35,584 nt of DNA from Nitrospirota bacterium. GTDB lineage: Bacteria > Nitrospirota > Thermodesulfovibrionia > Thermodesulfovibrionales > SM23-35. Under the pieces are notes generated by a model that saw only the letters and a list, made by a program, of their open reading frames with translations, ran no database searches and was not told where the DNA came from. Position numbers and translations under genes: made by a program. This document shows positions 25,797 through 33,833 of this stretch, in pieces; position 1 is the stretch's first letter; each line of letters begins with the position of its first letter. The stretch is taken from NCBI GenBank assembly GCA_016212245.1, contig JACRGU010000127.1, positions 1 through 35,584 on the forward strand, in the 5' to 3' direction.

Positions 25797-25868
25797 ATGG
25801 CAACAAAAAAGGCAGCAGCTAAGAAGCCTGCTAAGAAGGTAACAAAGAAGACCGCAAAGAAGAAATAA
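25797..25868 (+). CDS. 23-aa Lys/Ala-rich basic peptide (MATKKAAAKKPAKKVTKKTAKKK), histone-H1-tail-like
   Basis: It is below the ORF-track size cutoff. SD GGGGGTGA lies at 25784-25791, 5 nt before the ATG. A strong intrinsic terminator follows at 25897-25929. Confidence 0.55.
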   Translation: MATKKAAAKKPAKKVTKKTAKKK

Positions 25869-25896
25869 GTTTCCCCTACGCTTACACACATTTTTA

Positions 25897-25929
25897 GGCT
25901 GGGGAAGGAATTCTCCAGCCTCTTTTTTT
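25897..25929 (+). terminator. Rho-independent terminator
   Basis: The ggctgggga / tctccagcc stem is followed by tcttttttt. Confidence 0.8.
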
Positions 25930-26009
25930 GCGGTCTTCTACAATAATGAAACCCAATTTGGGGGAAAAATTCAAGTAAAATTTGTAACTTCTTGAAAAAT
26001 AAAGGTTTT

Positions 26010-26882
26010 TTAAGTCAGGGCTGGTTGCTGTTTTATCTCTGACACTATTTCCCAGCAGTCCTGATAGGAAAGCAGCTTTTTCAGGAATTTCAGGTTTGTT
26101 GTATGACCTGACTTACTGGCAATAATGTGACCGTAAATGGGAAATCCGAGTAAAGAAAAGTCACCAATCAAATCAAGCATTTTATGGCGTACAAACTCGT
26201 CTTTAAATCTCAGGCCAGACGAATTCAATACACCATCGTTACCGAGTATTATAGCGTTGTTGAGAGAACCACCCTTTGCAAATCCATTTGCCCTCAGGTG
26301 TTCGACATCCTTAAGAAACCCGAAGGTTCTTGCAGGGGCTATCTCTCTCGCAAAGATTTCCTCGGTAAGTTCTAAGCTCAACCTCTGCTCTCCGAACAGG
26401 CGATGATTAAAATAAATTCTGTATGTTATTCGTCTCCCATCATAAGGAAGGGCTGCAATCTCAGAGTGACCGTCATATAGGATTACAGGTCTTGTTATCC
26501 TGAGATATGGCCTTTTTTTACCCTGCTTTGCAATTCCACCTCTGAGTATTATGTTTATCAGCTCTGTTGAGCTTCCATCAAGTATAGGGATTTCAGGTCC
26601 ATTGACTTCTATGAATAGATTATCTATCCCGAGGCCAGATAGGGTTGCAAGGATGTGTTCAACAGTCCTAATCCTTGTTCCATTATAGCCAAGTGTGGTT
26701 GAAAAGGCAGTATCTGTTACTGAACATATATGGGCCTTTATCGTTATGCCCTTATCAGCCCGCACAAATATTATACCTGTATCTCTCGATGCAGGTTTCA
26801 GACTGACTGTTGCGTATCTGCCTGTATGGAGGCCGATACCTTCGAAACTGATTTCCTTTTTCAGGGTTCTTTGTAGGCGCAT
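26010..26882 (-). CDS. lpxC: UDP-3-O-acyl-N-acetylglucosamine deacetylase
   Basis: RLQRTL...GIGLHTG, ...VEHILA(T)L.G.GIDN, ...RTFGF and ...GHIIASKSGH are LpxC motifs. Confidence 0.93.
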   Translation of the reverse strand: MRLQRTLKKEISFEGIGLHTGRYATVSLKPASRDTGIIFVRADKGITIKAHICSVTDTAFSTTLGYNGTRIRTVEHILATLSGLGIDNLFIEVNGPEIPILDGSSTELINIILRGGIAKQGKKRPYLRITRPVILYDGHSEIAALPYDGRRITYRIYFNHRLFGEQRLSLELTEEIFAREIAPARTFGFLKDVEHLRANGFAKGGSLNNAIILGNDGVLNSSGLRFKDEFVRHKMLDLIGDFSLLGFPIYGHIIASKSGHTTNLKFLKKLLSYQDCWEIVSEIKQQPALT

Positions 26883-27000
26883 AATTTCAGTCTAAAGGAA
26901 ATGCAAATATAGTGCCACTGAAAACCTATTATTAAATCAAAGGATTACATGCACAGGTGTGTTAATAATCATCCTCAGATGTGTAGTATTCAACACAGTG

Positions 27001-28383
27001 CTACACCTTGCCGCCGACTACCATCTCAGGGATCCTCAGCGTTGGCATTGCATCAGAGACAGGGACTCCCTGGCCATCTTTCCCACATGTCCCGATGGAG
27101 AACCCTAAATCAGAGCCAACCATGTCTATAGACCTCAATACATCTGGTCCGTTTCCTGTAAGGGTTGCACCCCTCACAGGTTCTCCTCTTTTGCCCTTAT
27201 TGATAAGGTAGCCTTCCTGAACCTCAAAGACAAAATCACCTGTAACTGTATTTACCTGTCCTCCTCCCATTTTTTCCACCAGAAGCCCACCTTCTACAGA
27301 TCGGAGTATCTCTTCCGGGGATATTTCCCCTGGTGCAATGAAGGTATTGGTCATCCTCGGTATAGGCCGATGCTGGTATGATTCTCGCCTCCCATTGCCT
27401 GTTGATCGTACCCCATCTTTTGTAGCAGTTAACCGGTCGTACATATAGCATTTTAAAATCCCATTTTCTACAAGGACAGTCTTCTGGGATGGTGTCCCCT
27501 CATCATCGAACCTGAAAGAGCCTCTTTTCTGTGGAATGGTTGAATCATCTATGACTGTTATAAGACTGGATGCAACCTGTTTGTCTATCTTTTTTGAGTA
27601 GACGGATAATCCCTGCTGTGCAAGGTCGGCTTCAAGCCCATGTCCTATAGCCTCGTGTATCATGGTGCCCCCTGCAGTAGATGAGATAACAACAGACATC
27701 CTGCCACCAGGTGCCTGCCTTGCATTAAGCATCATTACAGCCCTTTTTGCTGCCTTCAGGCTTAGCTCTTCTATATCTATATCATCAAAGAGTTCGAATC
27801 CGATAAAGCCGCCTGCTGGCTCATATCCTGTTTGTATGATATCGCCATCTGCAGCAATTACCTGTACTGCTATAAGTGTATGTACCCTCTCATCCTCTGC
27901 AATTATTCCCTCTGATGTTGCGATCTGGACCCTCTGGATAGAGTCCCTGTACATGACATTAACCTGTCTTATTTTAGGGTTAAAACTCCTTGCAACATTA
28001 TCTGCCCTTCTTACAAGAGATATCTTTTTCTCCATCGGTATACCTTCTGGAAACAGCCTTATATCAAATGAGACAGAAGGAGTTTTAGTCCTCAGGTCAA
28101 TGATAGTATCGCTGATCGCTCTTGATGCAGTCCTGCTTACCTCAGATGCAGCTCTTAGCAGTGATTTCTCTGATAGGTCATTGCTGTAAGCATATGCAGA
28201 TTTACCTTTATAAATGAGCCGTATGCCTGCACCGTAATCAATACCTGTAATTACCTTTTCGACCCTGTTGTCTTCAAGTTGAATAGAAACTGGCTTCCTT
28301 TGTTCTACAAATATGTCTGCGTATTCGCCGCCGTAAGAGATCGTTTTCTTCAGCACATTTAAAAGTAATTGTTTGTCTAACAT
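27001..28383 (-). CDS. tldD: TldD-family metalloprotease
   Basis: The HEAIGHGLEAD zinc motif and the C-terminal GTCGKDGQGVPV are TldD features. The ATG at 28383 is preferred; the ORF track starts at GTG 28389. Confidence 0.88.
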   Translation of the reverse strand: MLDKQLLLNVLKKTISYGGEYADIFVEQRKPVSIQLEDNRVEKVITGIDYGAGIRLIYKGKSAYAYSNDLSEKSLLRAASEVSRTASRAISDTIIDLRTKTPSVSFDIRLFPEGIPMEKKISLVRRADNVARSFNPKIRQVNVMYRDSIQRVQIATSEGIIAEDERVHTLIAVQVIAADGDIIQTGYEPAGGFIGFELFDDIDIEELSLKAAKRAVMMLNARQAPGGRMSVVISSTAGGTMIHEAIGHGLEADLAQQGLSVYSKKIDKQVASSLITVIDDSTIPQKRGSFRFDDEGTPSQKTVLVENGILKCYMYDRLTATKDGVRSTGNGRRESYQHRPIPRMTNTFIAPGEISPEEILRSVEGGLLVEKMGGGQVNTVTGDFVFEVQEGYLINKGKRGEPVRGATLTGNGPDVLRSIDMVGSDLGFSIGTCGKDGQGVPVSDAMPTLRIPEMVVGGKV

Positions 28384-28483
28384 CCCCACCTTATATTAAA
28401 AAGAGTGATGTATTTGCCTGATAATGTAGGTTATTATAGCACTATGCTTGCCAGCTTGTAAGCTTGTCATACTGGAGGTGTTA

Positions 28484-29269
28484 ATGCCGAGGATAGGTAT
28501 TATTGGGGGGAGCGGCCTGTATGATATACCAGGATTAACTATCAAAGAATGTAAAAAGATTACAACTCCTTTTGGAGACCCTTCAGATGTCTACCGGATA
28601 GGAGAATTCTCAGGTGCGGAGGTTGTATTTCTCCAAAGACACGGCACCCCGCATCATATATCTCCACACAAGATAAACTACAGGGCAAACATATGGGGTT
28701 TCAAGGAACTCGGCATAGAAAGGATTATCTCAATAAGCGCTGCTGGTGGTATAAGCCATGAGATGAAACCTGGTTCGATTGTTGTTCTTGACCAGGTGAT
28801 TGACATGACAAAAGGAAGGCCATCCACATTTTATGACAGTGATGAAGTAGTGCATATAGATTTCACAGAGCCTTACTGTCCTGAGATGAGAGAAACGATT
28901 TTTACTGCAGCGGAAAAGGCAGGGGTTGGTATAAAAAGATCAGGCACATATATATGTGTTGAAGGGCCAAGGCTTGAGACTGCAGCAGAGATAAGGGTAT
29001 TCTCTATGCTCGGTGCTGATGTTGTAGGGATGACAGGTATGCCCGAGGCATCACTTGCGAGAGAAATAGAGATATGCCTTGCAGGTATCGCTGTTGTCAC
29101 AAACTATGCTGCGGGGATAACAGGGAAGAGGCTTACAACAACGGAGGTTCTGGAGACAATGAAGGCAACAACTGAAAGGCTGAAATCCATCCTGAAAGAG
29201 GTGTTTACATTGATTCCTTTAGATAGGACATGTGCTTGCAAGAATGCCCTCAAAGAGGCAAGGATGTGA
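28484..29269 (+). CDS. mtnP: S-methyl-5'-thioadenosine phosphorylase
   Basis: MPRIGIIGGSGLY...FL.RHG..H...P..INYRANIW...LG...I...AAGG...GMT..PE are MTAP motifs. SD GGAGGTG precedes the ATG at 28484, so the ORF-track extension to 28448 is unlikely. Confidence 0.88.
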   Translation: MPRIGIIGGSGLYDIPGLTIKECKKITTPFGDPSDVYRIGEFSGAEVVFLQRHGTPHHISPHKINYRANIWGFKELGIERIISISAAGGISHEMKPGSIVVLDQVIDMTKGRPSTFYDSDEVVHIDFTEPYCPEMRETIFTAAEKAGVGIKRSGTYICVEGPRLETAAEIRVFSMLGADVVGMTGMPEASLAREIEICLAGIAVVTNYAAGITGKRLTTTEVLETMKATTERLKSILKEVFTLIPLDRTCACKNALKEARM

Positions 29270-29270
29270 T

Positions 29271-30650
29271 ATGATATATTCTATGGATACAATCCTCATA
29301 GTAGAAGACAAAGAATCAATGGCAGAGATGCTAAAGGAGACCATCGAGTCTGAAGGTTACAGGGTTCTCCTTGCGAGGGACGGTATGGAGGGGATTAAGC
29401 ACCTTAAGGAAAGCAGAACAGACCTTGTCCTGACTGACTTAAGACTGCCTAAAAAAGACGGTATGGAAGTGCTGAAGGCAGCAAAAGAAGAAAGCCAGCT
29501 CACTCCTGTAATAGTCATGACAGCCTATGGTTCTATTGAGACAGCTGTGGCAGCTATGAAAGAAGGTGCTTTTGACTTTATTACAAAACCTTTTGATACA
29601 GACCACCTTCTTGTGCTCATAAGGAGAGCGATTGAGACACAGAGGGTTTTTACAGAGAACATCCTGCTGAAAGAGGAATTTGTATCAAAGCTCGGATTTC
29701 CGAGGATTATCGGAAGGAGCGAAAAGATTACAGATGTTGCGCAGAAGGTGCAGAAGGTTGCGACTACTAGGACAACAGTGCTCCTGATTGGTGAAAGCGG
29801 TACAGGGAAAGAACTCTTTGCAAGGGCCATACACAATCTGAGCCCCAGGCGGCATTACCCATTCGTGCCGATTAACTGTGCAGCAATACCGAGGGAGCTC
29901 CTTGAATCAGAACTCTTTGGTCATGAAAAGGGCTCGTTTACAGGGGCTGATGTAAAAAAACTCGGAAAGTTTGAACTTGCTGATAAGGGGACAATATTTC
30001 TGGATGAAATAGGAACGATGGACCTGTCGCTACAGGCCAAGCTTCTCCGGGCGATTGAGGAAGGCGAGATAGAAAGGGTCGGAGGTGTAAAAAGTATTAA
30101 TATTGATGTAAGGATTGTTGCTTCAAGCAATAAAGATCTTGAAAAGGCTGTTGAGGATAATAAGTTCAGGGAAGACCTTTTTTACAGACTTAATGTCTTC
30201 CCGATAATGATACCACCTTTGAGAGAGCGAAGAGAAGATATTCCTTTACTCGTAGAATTCTTCATAAATAAATACTGTCTTGAGATAAAGACCTCTGTAA
30301 AGACTATTTCAAGAGAGGCACTCGACATGCTTATGAGTTATCCGTGGAAGGGTAATGTGAGAGAGCTTGAGAATGCTATAGAGCGAGCAATTATCCTTTG
30401 CGATGGGAATGTGATTATGCCGGAACATATTGTACTGAGTCAGCAACCTGTCCTCGAATCCACGATGCGGTCCTTGCTGATGGAAGGACCCCTTGAGGAT
30501 GTGGCAAAAGAGGCAACGAGGATAGCAGAGACCCAGCGCATCAGTAAGGCACTTAAAGAGACAAAAGGCAACAAGAGCAGGGCAGCAGATATTCTCCAGG
30601 TGAGCTACAAAACACTGCTCACAAAGATTAAAGATTACAGGATAGAGTAA
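29271..30650 (+). CDS. Sigma54-dependent response regulator (REC + AAA+ + Fis-type HTH, NtrC family)
   Basis: The REC domain has ILIVEDK...DLVLTDLRLP. The AAA+ domain has GESGTGKE, GSFTGA and ...FREDLFYRLNV. The C-terminal HTH is KSRAADILQVSYKTLLTKIK. The start is ATG 29271 or 29283. Confidence 0.9.
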   Translation: MIYSMDTILIVEDKESMAEMLKETIESEGYRVLLARDGMEGIKHLKESRTDLVLTDLRLPKKDGMEVLKAAKEESQLTPVIVMTAYGSIETAVAAMKEGAFDFITKPFDTDHLLVLIRRAIETQRVFTENILLKEEFVSKLGFPRIIGRSEKITDVAQKVQKVATTRTTVLLIGESGTGKELFARAIHNLSPRRHYPFVPINCAAIPRELLESELFGHEKGSFTGADVKKLGKFELADKGTIFLDEIGTMDLSLQAKLLRAIEEGEIERVGGVKSINIDVRIVASSNKDLEKAVEDNKFREDLFYRLNVFPIMIPPLRERREDIPLLVEFFINKYCLEIKTSVKTISREALDMLMSYPWKGNVRELENAIERAIILCDGNVIMPEHIVLSQQPVLESTMRSLLMEGPLEDVAKEATRIAETQRISKALKETKGNKSRAADILQVSYKTLLTKIKDYRIE

Positions 30651-30702
30651 GTGGGGTTACAAATTTTAATTTTAGCTGGTAATATAATTTAGTAAGTCAT
30701 AA

Positions 30703-30769
30703 GTCAAAAAAGTATTTTTATCTAATGACTATTGACTAATGACTGCTGACTTTATGACTGCCGAAGGCA
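30703..30769. repeat. About 60-nt repeat (gtcaaaa..gtattttt..atgactaatgactgctgactttatgactgccgaaggca), copy 1, abutting tRNA-Ser(GCU)
   Basis: It is near-identical to 32451-32506, and copy 1 carries one extra heptamer unit. Confidence 0.85.
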
Positions 30770-30772
30770 AAA

Positions 30773-30865
30773 GGAGAGGTGGCCGAGATGGTCGAAGGCA
30801 GCCGCCTGCTAAGCGGTTGTGGGGGTAAAATCTCACCCAGGGTTCGAATCCCTGCCTCTCCGCCA
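30773..30865 (+). tRNA. tRNA-Ser (anticodon GCU), CCA encoded
   Basis: The cloverleaf folds by hand: acceptor ggagagg/cctctcc, anticodon loop ct-GCT-aa, long variable arm, T arm cagggttcgaatccctg, discriminator G. Confidence 0.92.
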
Positions 30866-30921
30866 TTAAAGACAGTGACAAGTAACAAGTGATGAGTGAC
30901 AAGTTTCGTTAGGTTTACTAA

Positions 30922-30978
30922 GTTTATTGAGTTTACACGGTTCATTGAGTTATTAAAACCCAAGAGACTCAAAAAACG
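30922..30978. repeat. Palindromic-ended element, copy 2, interior inverted relative to copy 1
   Basis: 30922-30972 is the reverse complement (50/51) of 2524-2574, while the upstream 17-mer taaagacagtgacaagt (30867-30883 vs 2472-2488) is in direct orientation. Confidence 0.85.
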
Positions 30979-31029
30979 GTGTCAACTCGTTACTTGTAAC
31001 TTGTTACTAAAAATTAAGGAGGTTGAACC

Positions 31030-31587
31030 ATGAATAAAAAGGTAGCAGCAGTTGTATGTAGCCTTGCCCTGACTGTTTCAGTGAGTGCATGTAAGAAGAG
31101 GGAAACTCAGCCACCTGCTCCACAGGTACCAGGTCCGATGATGCAGGGTCCAATATCACCAGAGGCACAGCAGACAGTTCCAGGACATGGTGTGACAGTA
31201 CCAAAGGGTGAAACACAGGTAGTAGTGCCTGATTCGGTTAAGGGCAGATGGAGTGCAGTAAAGATTGTTGTTGAGGATAGAGGGACAAAAAAGACTCAGG
31301 AATATAAGATAAGTCTGCACAGCGACTTTGTAATCCCTAATTCTAACCTTAAGGTTACAGTAGGAGAGTTTCTTCCTGATTTTAAGATGGATGGACTTAC
31401 TCTAACTTCAGTATCCAATCAGCCTAATAACCCAGCTGTTGGAATAAGGGTTTTTGAAGGCGATAAACAGATATTCCCTGCCCCTGAAAAACAGTGGGGG
31501 TGGTTGTTTTCAAAGATGCCTTCGGTACACCCATTTGAGCATCCAAAGTATGGTATTACATTAAAGGAAGGTGTAAAGAAGGGATAA
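31030..31587 (+). CDS. Lipoprotein of unknown function (possibly DUF2155-like)
   Basis: The lipobox is TVSVSA-C, SD AAGGAGG is present, and a Pro/Gln-rich linker precedes a beta-rich domain ending ...[13 protein letters not shown]. Confidence 0.55.
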   Translation: MNKKVAAVVCSLALTVSVSACKKRETQPPAPQVPGPMMQGPISPEAQQTVPGHGVTVPKGETQVVVPDSVKGRWSAVKIVVEDRGTKKTQEYKISLHSDFVIPNSNLKVTVGEFLPDFKMDGLTLTSVSNQPNNPAVGIRVFEGDKQIFPAPEKQWGWLFSKMPSVHPFEHPKYGITLKEGVKKG

Positions 31588-31592
31588 GGGTT

Positions 31593-31669
31593 GCGCCCAT
31601 AGCTCAGATGGATAGAGCGACGGACTACGAATCCGCAGGTCGGGGGTTCGAATCCTCCTGGGCGCGCCA
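31593..31669 (+). tRNA. tRNA-Arg (anticodon ACG), CCA encoded
   Basis: Acceptor gcgccca/tgggcgc, D arm gctcagatggatagagc, anticodon loop ct-ACG-aa and T arm gggggttcgaatcctcc. It closely resembles E. coli tRNA-Arg(ACG). Confidence 0.92.
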
Positions 31670-31671
31670 AA

Positions 31672-31697
31672 GCAAATTTTGCTTTTGCAAAATTTGC
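31672..31697 (+). terminator. Perfect 11-bp hairpin after tRNA-Arg
   Basis: gcaaattttgc - tttt - gcaaaatttgc. No clear T tract follows. Confidence 0.4.
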
Positions 31698-31784
31698 AGT
31701 TGTTAGTACTTGAATTTTTTTGTTTACTATTCACTAATCACTAATCACTTTTCACTATCTACCGTCGTTAAATAGGATTCAATA

Positions 31785-32243
31785 GTGATCAGTAAAGACA
31801 AAGATATTTATTTTATGAGGCTGGCACTCAAAGAGGCCAGCCTCGCTTTTATTGAAGGCGAGGTCCCTGTGGGTGTGGTACTTGTAAAGGACGGTAAGGT
31901 TATTGCAAAGGCACATAACCACAGGGAGACTTTAAAAGACCCAACAGGCCATGCTGAAATCCTTGTACTCAGGTCTGGTGCAAATGAAAATGATAGTTGG
32001 CGACTAACAGATGCAACGCTTTATGTGACAAAAGAGCCATGCATTATGTGCGCAGGTGCAATGGTGAATGCGAGACTTGGCAGACTTGTTTATGGATGCA
32101 AGGATGAAAAGGCTGGGGCAGTTGATAGTCTTTATAACATACTTTCGGATAAAAGACTTAACCATCAGATAGAGGTTGTATCAGGTATTCTTGAGGACGA
32201 ATGCGCCTTGATATTGAAAAGGTTTTTTAAAGAGAGAAGATAA
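31785..32243 (+). CDS. tadA: tRNA-specific adenosine-34 deaminase
   Basis: The CDA-fold zinc motifs are GHAEILVLR and PCIMCAGA. Size is 152 aa. The start is GTG 31785 (or ATG 31815). Confidence 0.9.
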   Translation: MISKDKDIYFMRLALKEASLAFIEGEVPVGVVLVKDGKVIAKAHNHRETLKDPTGHAEILVLRSGANENDSWRLTDATLYVTKEPCIMCAGAMVNARLGRLVYGCKDEKAGAVDSLYNILSDKRLNHQIEVVSGILEDECALILKRFFKERR

Positions 32244-32309
32244 AGTTTTAATTTCTTTTCTTGTTGTAAACTAAAAACTGTTCACTATTCACTGATAACT
32301 GTATTTATT

Positions 32310-32399
32310 GGAGAGGTGCCAGAGTGGTTGAATGGGGCGGTCTCGAAAACCGTTGTGGGGGTAACTCCACCCAGGGTTCGAATCCCTGCCTCTCCGCCA
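32310..32399 (+). tRNA. tRNA-Ser (anticodon CGA), CCA encoded
   Basis: It has the same acceptor and T arms as the GCU isoacceptor, with anticodon loop ct-CGA-aa and a long variable arm. Confidence 0.92.
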
Positions 32400-32450
32400 T
32401 TGAGAAGTTAGAAGTTAAAAATGAAAAGTTAAAAGTTTAAATTAAAAGTG

Positions 32451-32506
32451 GTCAAAAGTATTTTTCTGATGACTAATGACTGCTGACTTTATGACTGCCG
32501 AAGGCA
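32451..32506. repeat. About 60-nt repeat, copy 2, abutting the 3' end of the minus-strand tRNA
   Basis: See 30703-30769. The block ctaatgactgctgactttatgactgccgaaggca is identical in both copies. Confidence 0.85.
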
Positions 32507-32508
32507 GG

Positions 32509-32604
32509 TGGAGAGGGGCAGTGAGAATCGAACTCACCAGGGCATATTATTGTACCCCAACACTGGTTTTGCAGACCAGGTGAGACACCAGTCCCTTACC
32601 CCTC
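32509..32604 (-). tRNA. Non-canonical 96-nt tRNA: selenocysteine-tRNA-like architecture (8-bp acceptor + 5-bp T stem, long variable arm) with Cys anticodon GCA and U73, CCA encoded
   Basis: Hand fold of the minus strand: acceptor 1-8 (gaggggta) pairs with 85-92 (tgcccctc). D stem 10-14/19-23 has a 4-nt loop tggt. The anticodon stem is 26-30/38-42 with loop ct-GCA-aa. The variable arm is 43-67 (5-bp stem). The T arm is gtgag-ttcgatt-ctcac (68-84) and directly abuts the acceptor strand. The discriminator is T, followed by CCA. Confidence 0.8.
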
Positions 32605-32606
32605 AA

Positions 32607-32984
32607 TTATTTTGAATCTCCGGTTAATTTATCTATCACCTTCTCTTCGTATTCTGAAAAATCTTCGAGGTTAAAGGGTTTTTTGCGTATTATATTGAGT
32701 TTCAAAAGTTTGAAATTTAGCTCTCTGAGTTTCTTAAGTCTTTCTTTATCATCATCAATTGTATTCATCAATGCGCACATATTTATTATCTCGTTTCTCA
32801 GCTCAAGCTCAGGTGGAGTACAGCCTGCATTTTTCAAAATCCTGTAAGCCATTCTCAGGTCCTCAGGAATCCATGTCTCATCCTCAAAATTGATGGGCCT
32901 TCCTTTTCCTTCAAGGTTTTCAAACTCACCATTTTCCATGGCCTCTATAATTCGTCTTTCAGCAATCCTATCAAAGATATTCAT
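32607..32984 (-). CDS. DUF1992 (DnaJ-C28-like) domain protein
   Basis: AE..I.EA...G.F.NL.GKG.P...ED..W.PEDLRMAYRILKNAG..P is the characteristic DUF1992 N-terminal motif. Confidence 0.7.
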   Translation of the reverse strand: MNIFDRIAERRIIEAMENGEFENLEGKGRPINFEDETWIPEDLRMAYRILKNAGCTPPELELRNEIINMCALMNTIDDDKERLKKLRELNFKLLKLNIIRKKPFNLEDFSEYEEKVIDKLTGDSK

Positions 32985-33021
32985 TACAGCACCTCACAAA
33001 CTATAAATATCATAGCAAAAA

Positions 33022-33822
33022 TCACCGTTTTCTTCTAAGGATTAAGGAGATAAAGAAAAGCAGGGTGGCTGTCAGGACAATACTTCCTCCGGGCGCAATA
33101 TCAAATTCATAAGACAGGAAAAGCCCTGTAATTGTAGAAAACACTGCAGCGCCGCATGAGATTGCAATCATAGAAGTCAGACTTTTAGCAAATAGCTGTG
33201 CGGTCGCCCCTGGTATGACGAGCAGGGCTGAGATAAGGATGATACCCACAACCTTCATCGCGATAACAATGGATATTGAAAGGACAAGCAGGAAAAGGAT
33301 ATTAATGGCCCTCACTGAGATACCGCTTACTTGTGCTATCTCTTCATTATATGTTGTCAGAAATATCTCTTTTAAAAAGAGCAGGATGACCCCGATTACT
33401 GATATTGTTGTAAGCAGTGTAATTAGGACTTCTCTGTCAGTAATGGCTAATATATTTCCGAAAAGATAACCAAAGAGGTCAACATTATATTCCCTGGAGA
33501 GACTTACGAGTATAATACCGAGTGCCCTCGAGCTCGCAAAAAATATTCCAATAGAGGCGTCTTCTGAAACCTTCCCCTTTCTGCTTACTACTTCAATCCC
33601 GAGTGCAACTGCGATAGAATAAATAGTTGCAGTAATGAGGGGATTTATACCGGTAAAAAACCCAATCGCCACTCCACCAAATGCTGCATGTGATATGCCA
33701 GCGCCTATGAAGGACATCTTACGCAGTACTACAAATACTGAGACCAGGCCTGATATCAGACTGACCATGATACCTACAAAAAAGGCCTTCTGCATGAATG
33801 CAGAGCTTAAGATTTCGATCAT
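33022..33822 (-). CDS. znuB: Metal (Zn/Mn) ABC transporter permease, ABC-3 family
   Basis: It is a polytopic membrane protein of about 8 TM segments with FMQKAF..G and ...GAGISHAAFGGVA.G patterns, sitting in an operon with the ATPase and the SBP. Confidence 0.8.
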   Translation of the reverse strand: MIEILSSAFMQKAFFVGIMVSLISGLVSVFVVLRKMSFIGAGISHAAFGGVAIGFFTGINPLITATIYSIAVALGIEVVSRKGKVSEDASIGIFFASSRALGIILVSLSREYNVDLFGYLFGNILAITDREVLITLLTTISVIGVILLFLKEIFLTTYNEEIAQVSGISVRAINILFLLVLSISIVIAMKVVGIILISALLVIPGATAQLFAKSLTSMIAISCGAAVFSTITGLFLSYEFDIAPGGSIVLTATLLFFISLILRRKR

Positions 33823-33833
33823 CTACCCCCCTC

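Noticed and set aside
25706-25891. 61-aa hydrophobic minus-strand ORF overlapping the Lys-rich micro-ORF
   Set aside because: It is the antisense shadow of an AAG/AAA-rich sequence, which gives Phe/Leu runs. It overlaps the 3' end of the wHTH gene. The SD and the terminator orientation both favour the + strand ORF.
27662-28189. 175-aa + strand ORF, and similar long antisense ORFs (8310..8846, 3676..4074, 17235..17636, 17482..17748, 12706..13050)
   Set aside because: Each lies fully inside and antisense to a gene with clear family motifs (tldD, the barrel gene, pheT, argH, the DtxR-like gene). They have low-complexity Ser/Leu/Ile-rich composition and are shadow ORFs.
30736-30972. 78-aa minus-strand ORF from the ORF track
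   Set aside because: It is antisense to tRNA-Ser(GCU) and otherwise made of repeat DNA, with no SD and no protein-like composition. I treat it as spurious.
31419-31670. 83-aa minus-strand ORF
   Set aside because: It is antisense to the lipoprotein gene 3' end and to tRNA-Arg(ACG). The [11 protein letters not shown]... peptide is the typical translation of a tRNA T arm and acceptor stem.
32509-32604. Calling the unusual tRNA a genuine selenocysteine tRNA (selC)
   Set aside because: The anticodon is GCA rather than UCA and the discriminator is U rather than G. No selA, selB or selD gene and no in-frame TGA gene is visible in this window.
30651-32606. tRNA cluster as an integration hotspot or genomic island
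   Set aside because: There is no integrase, no phage or IS genes, and no duplicated tRNA 3' fragment. The intervening genes (lipoprotein, tadA) are ordinary, and only small repeats flank the tRNAs.
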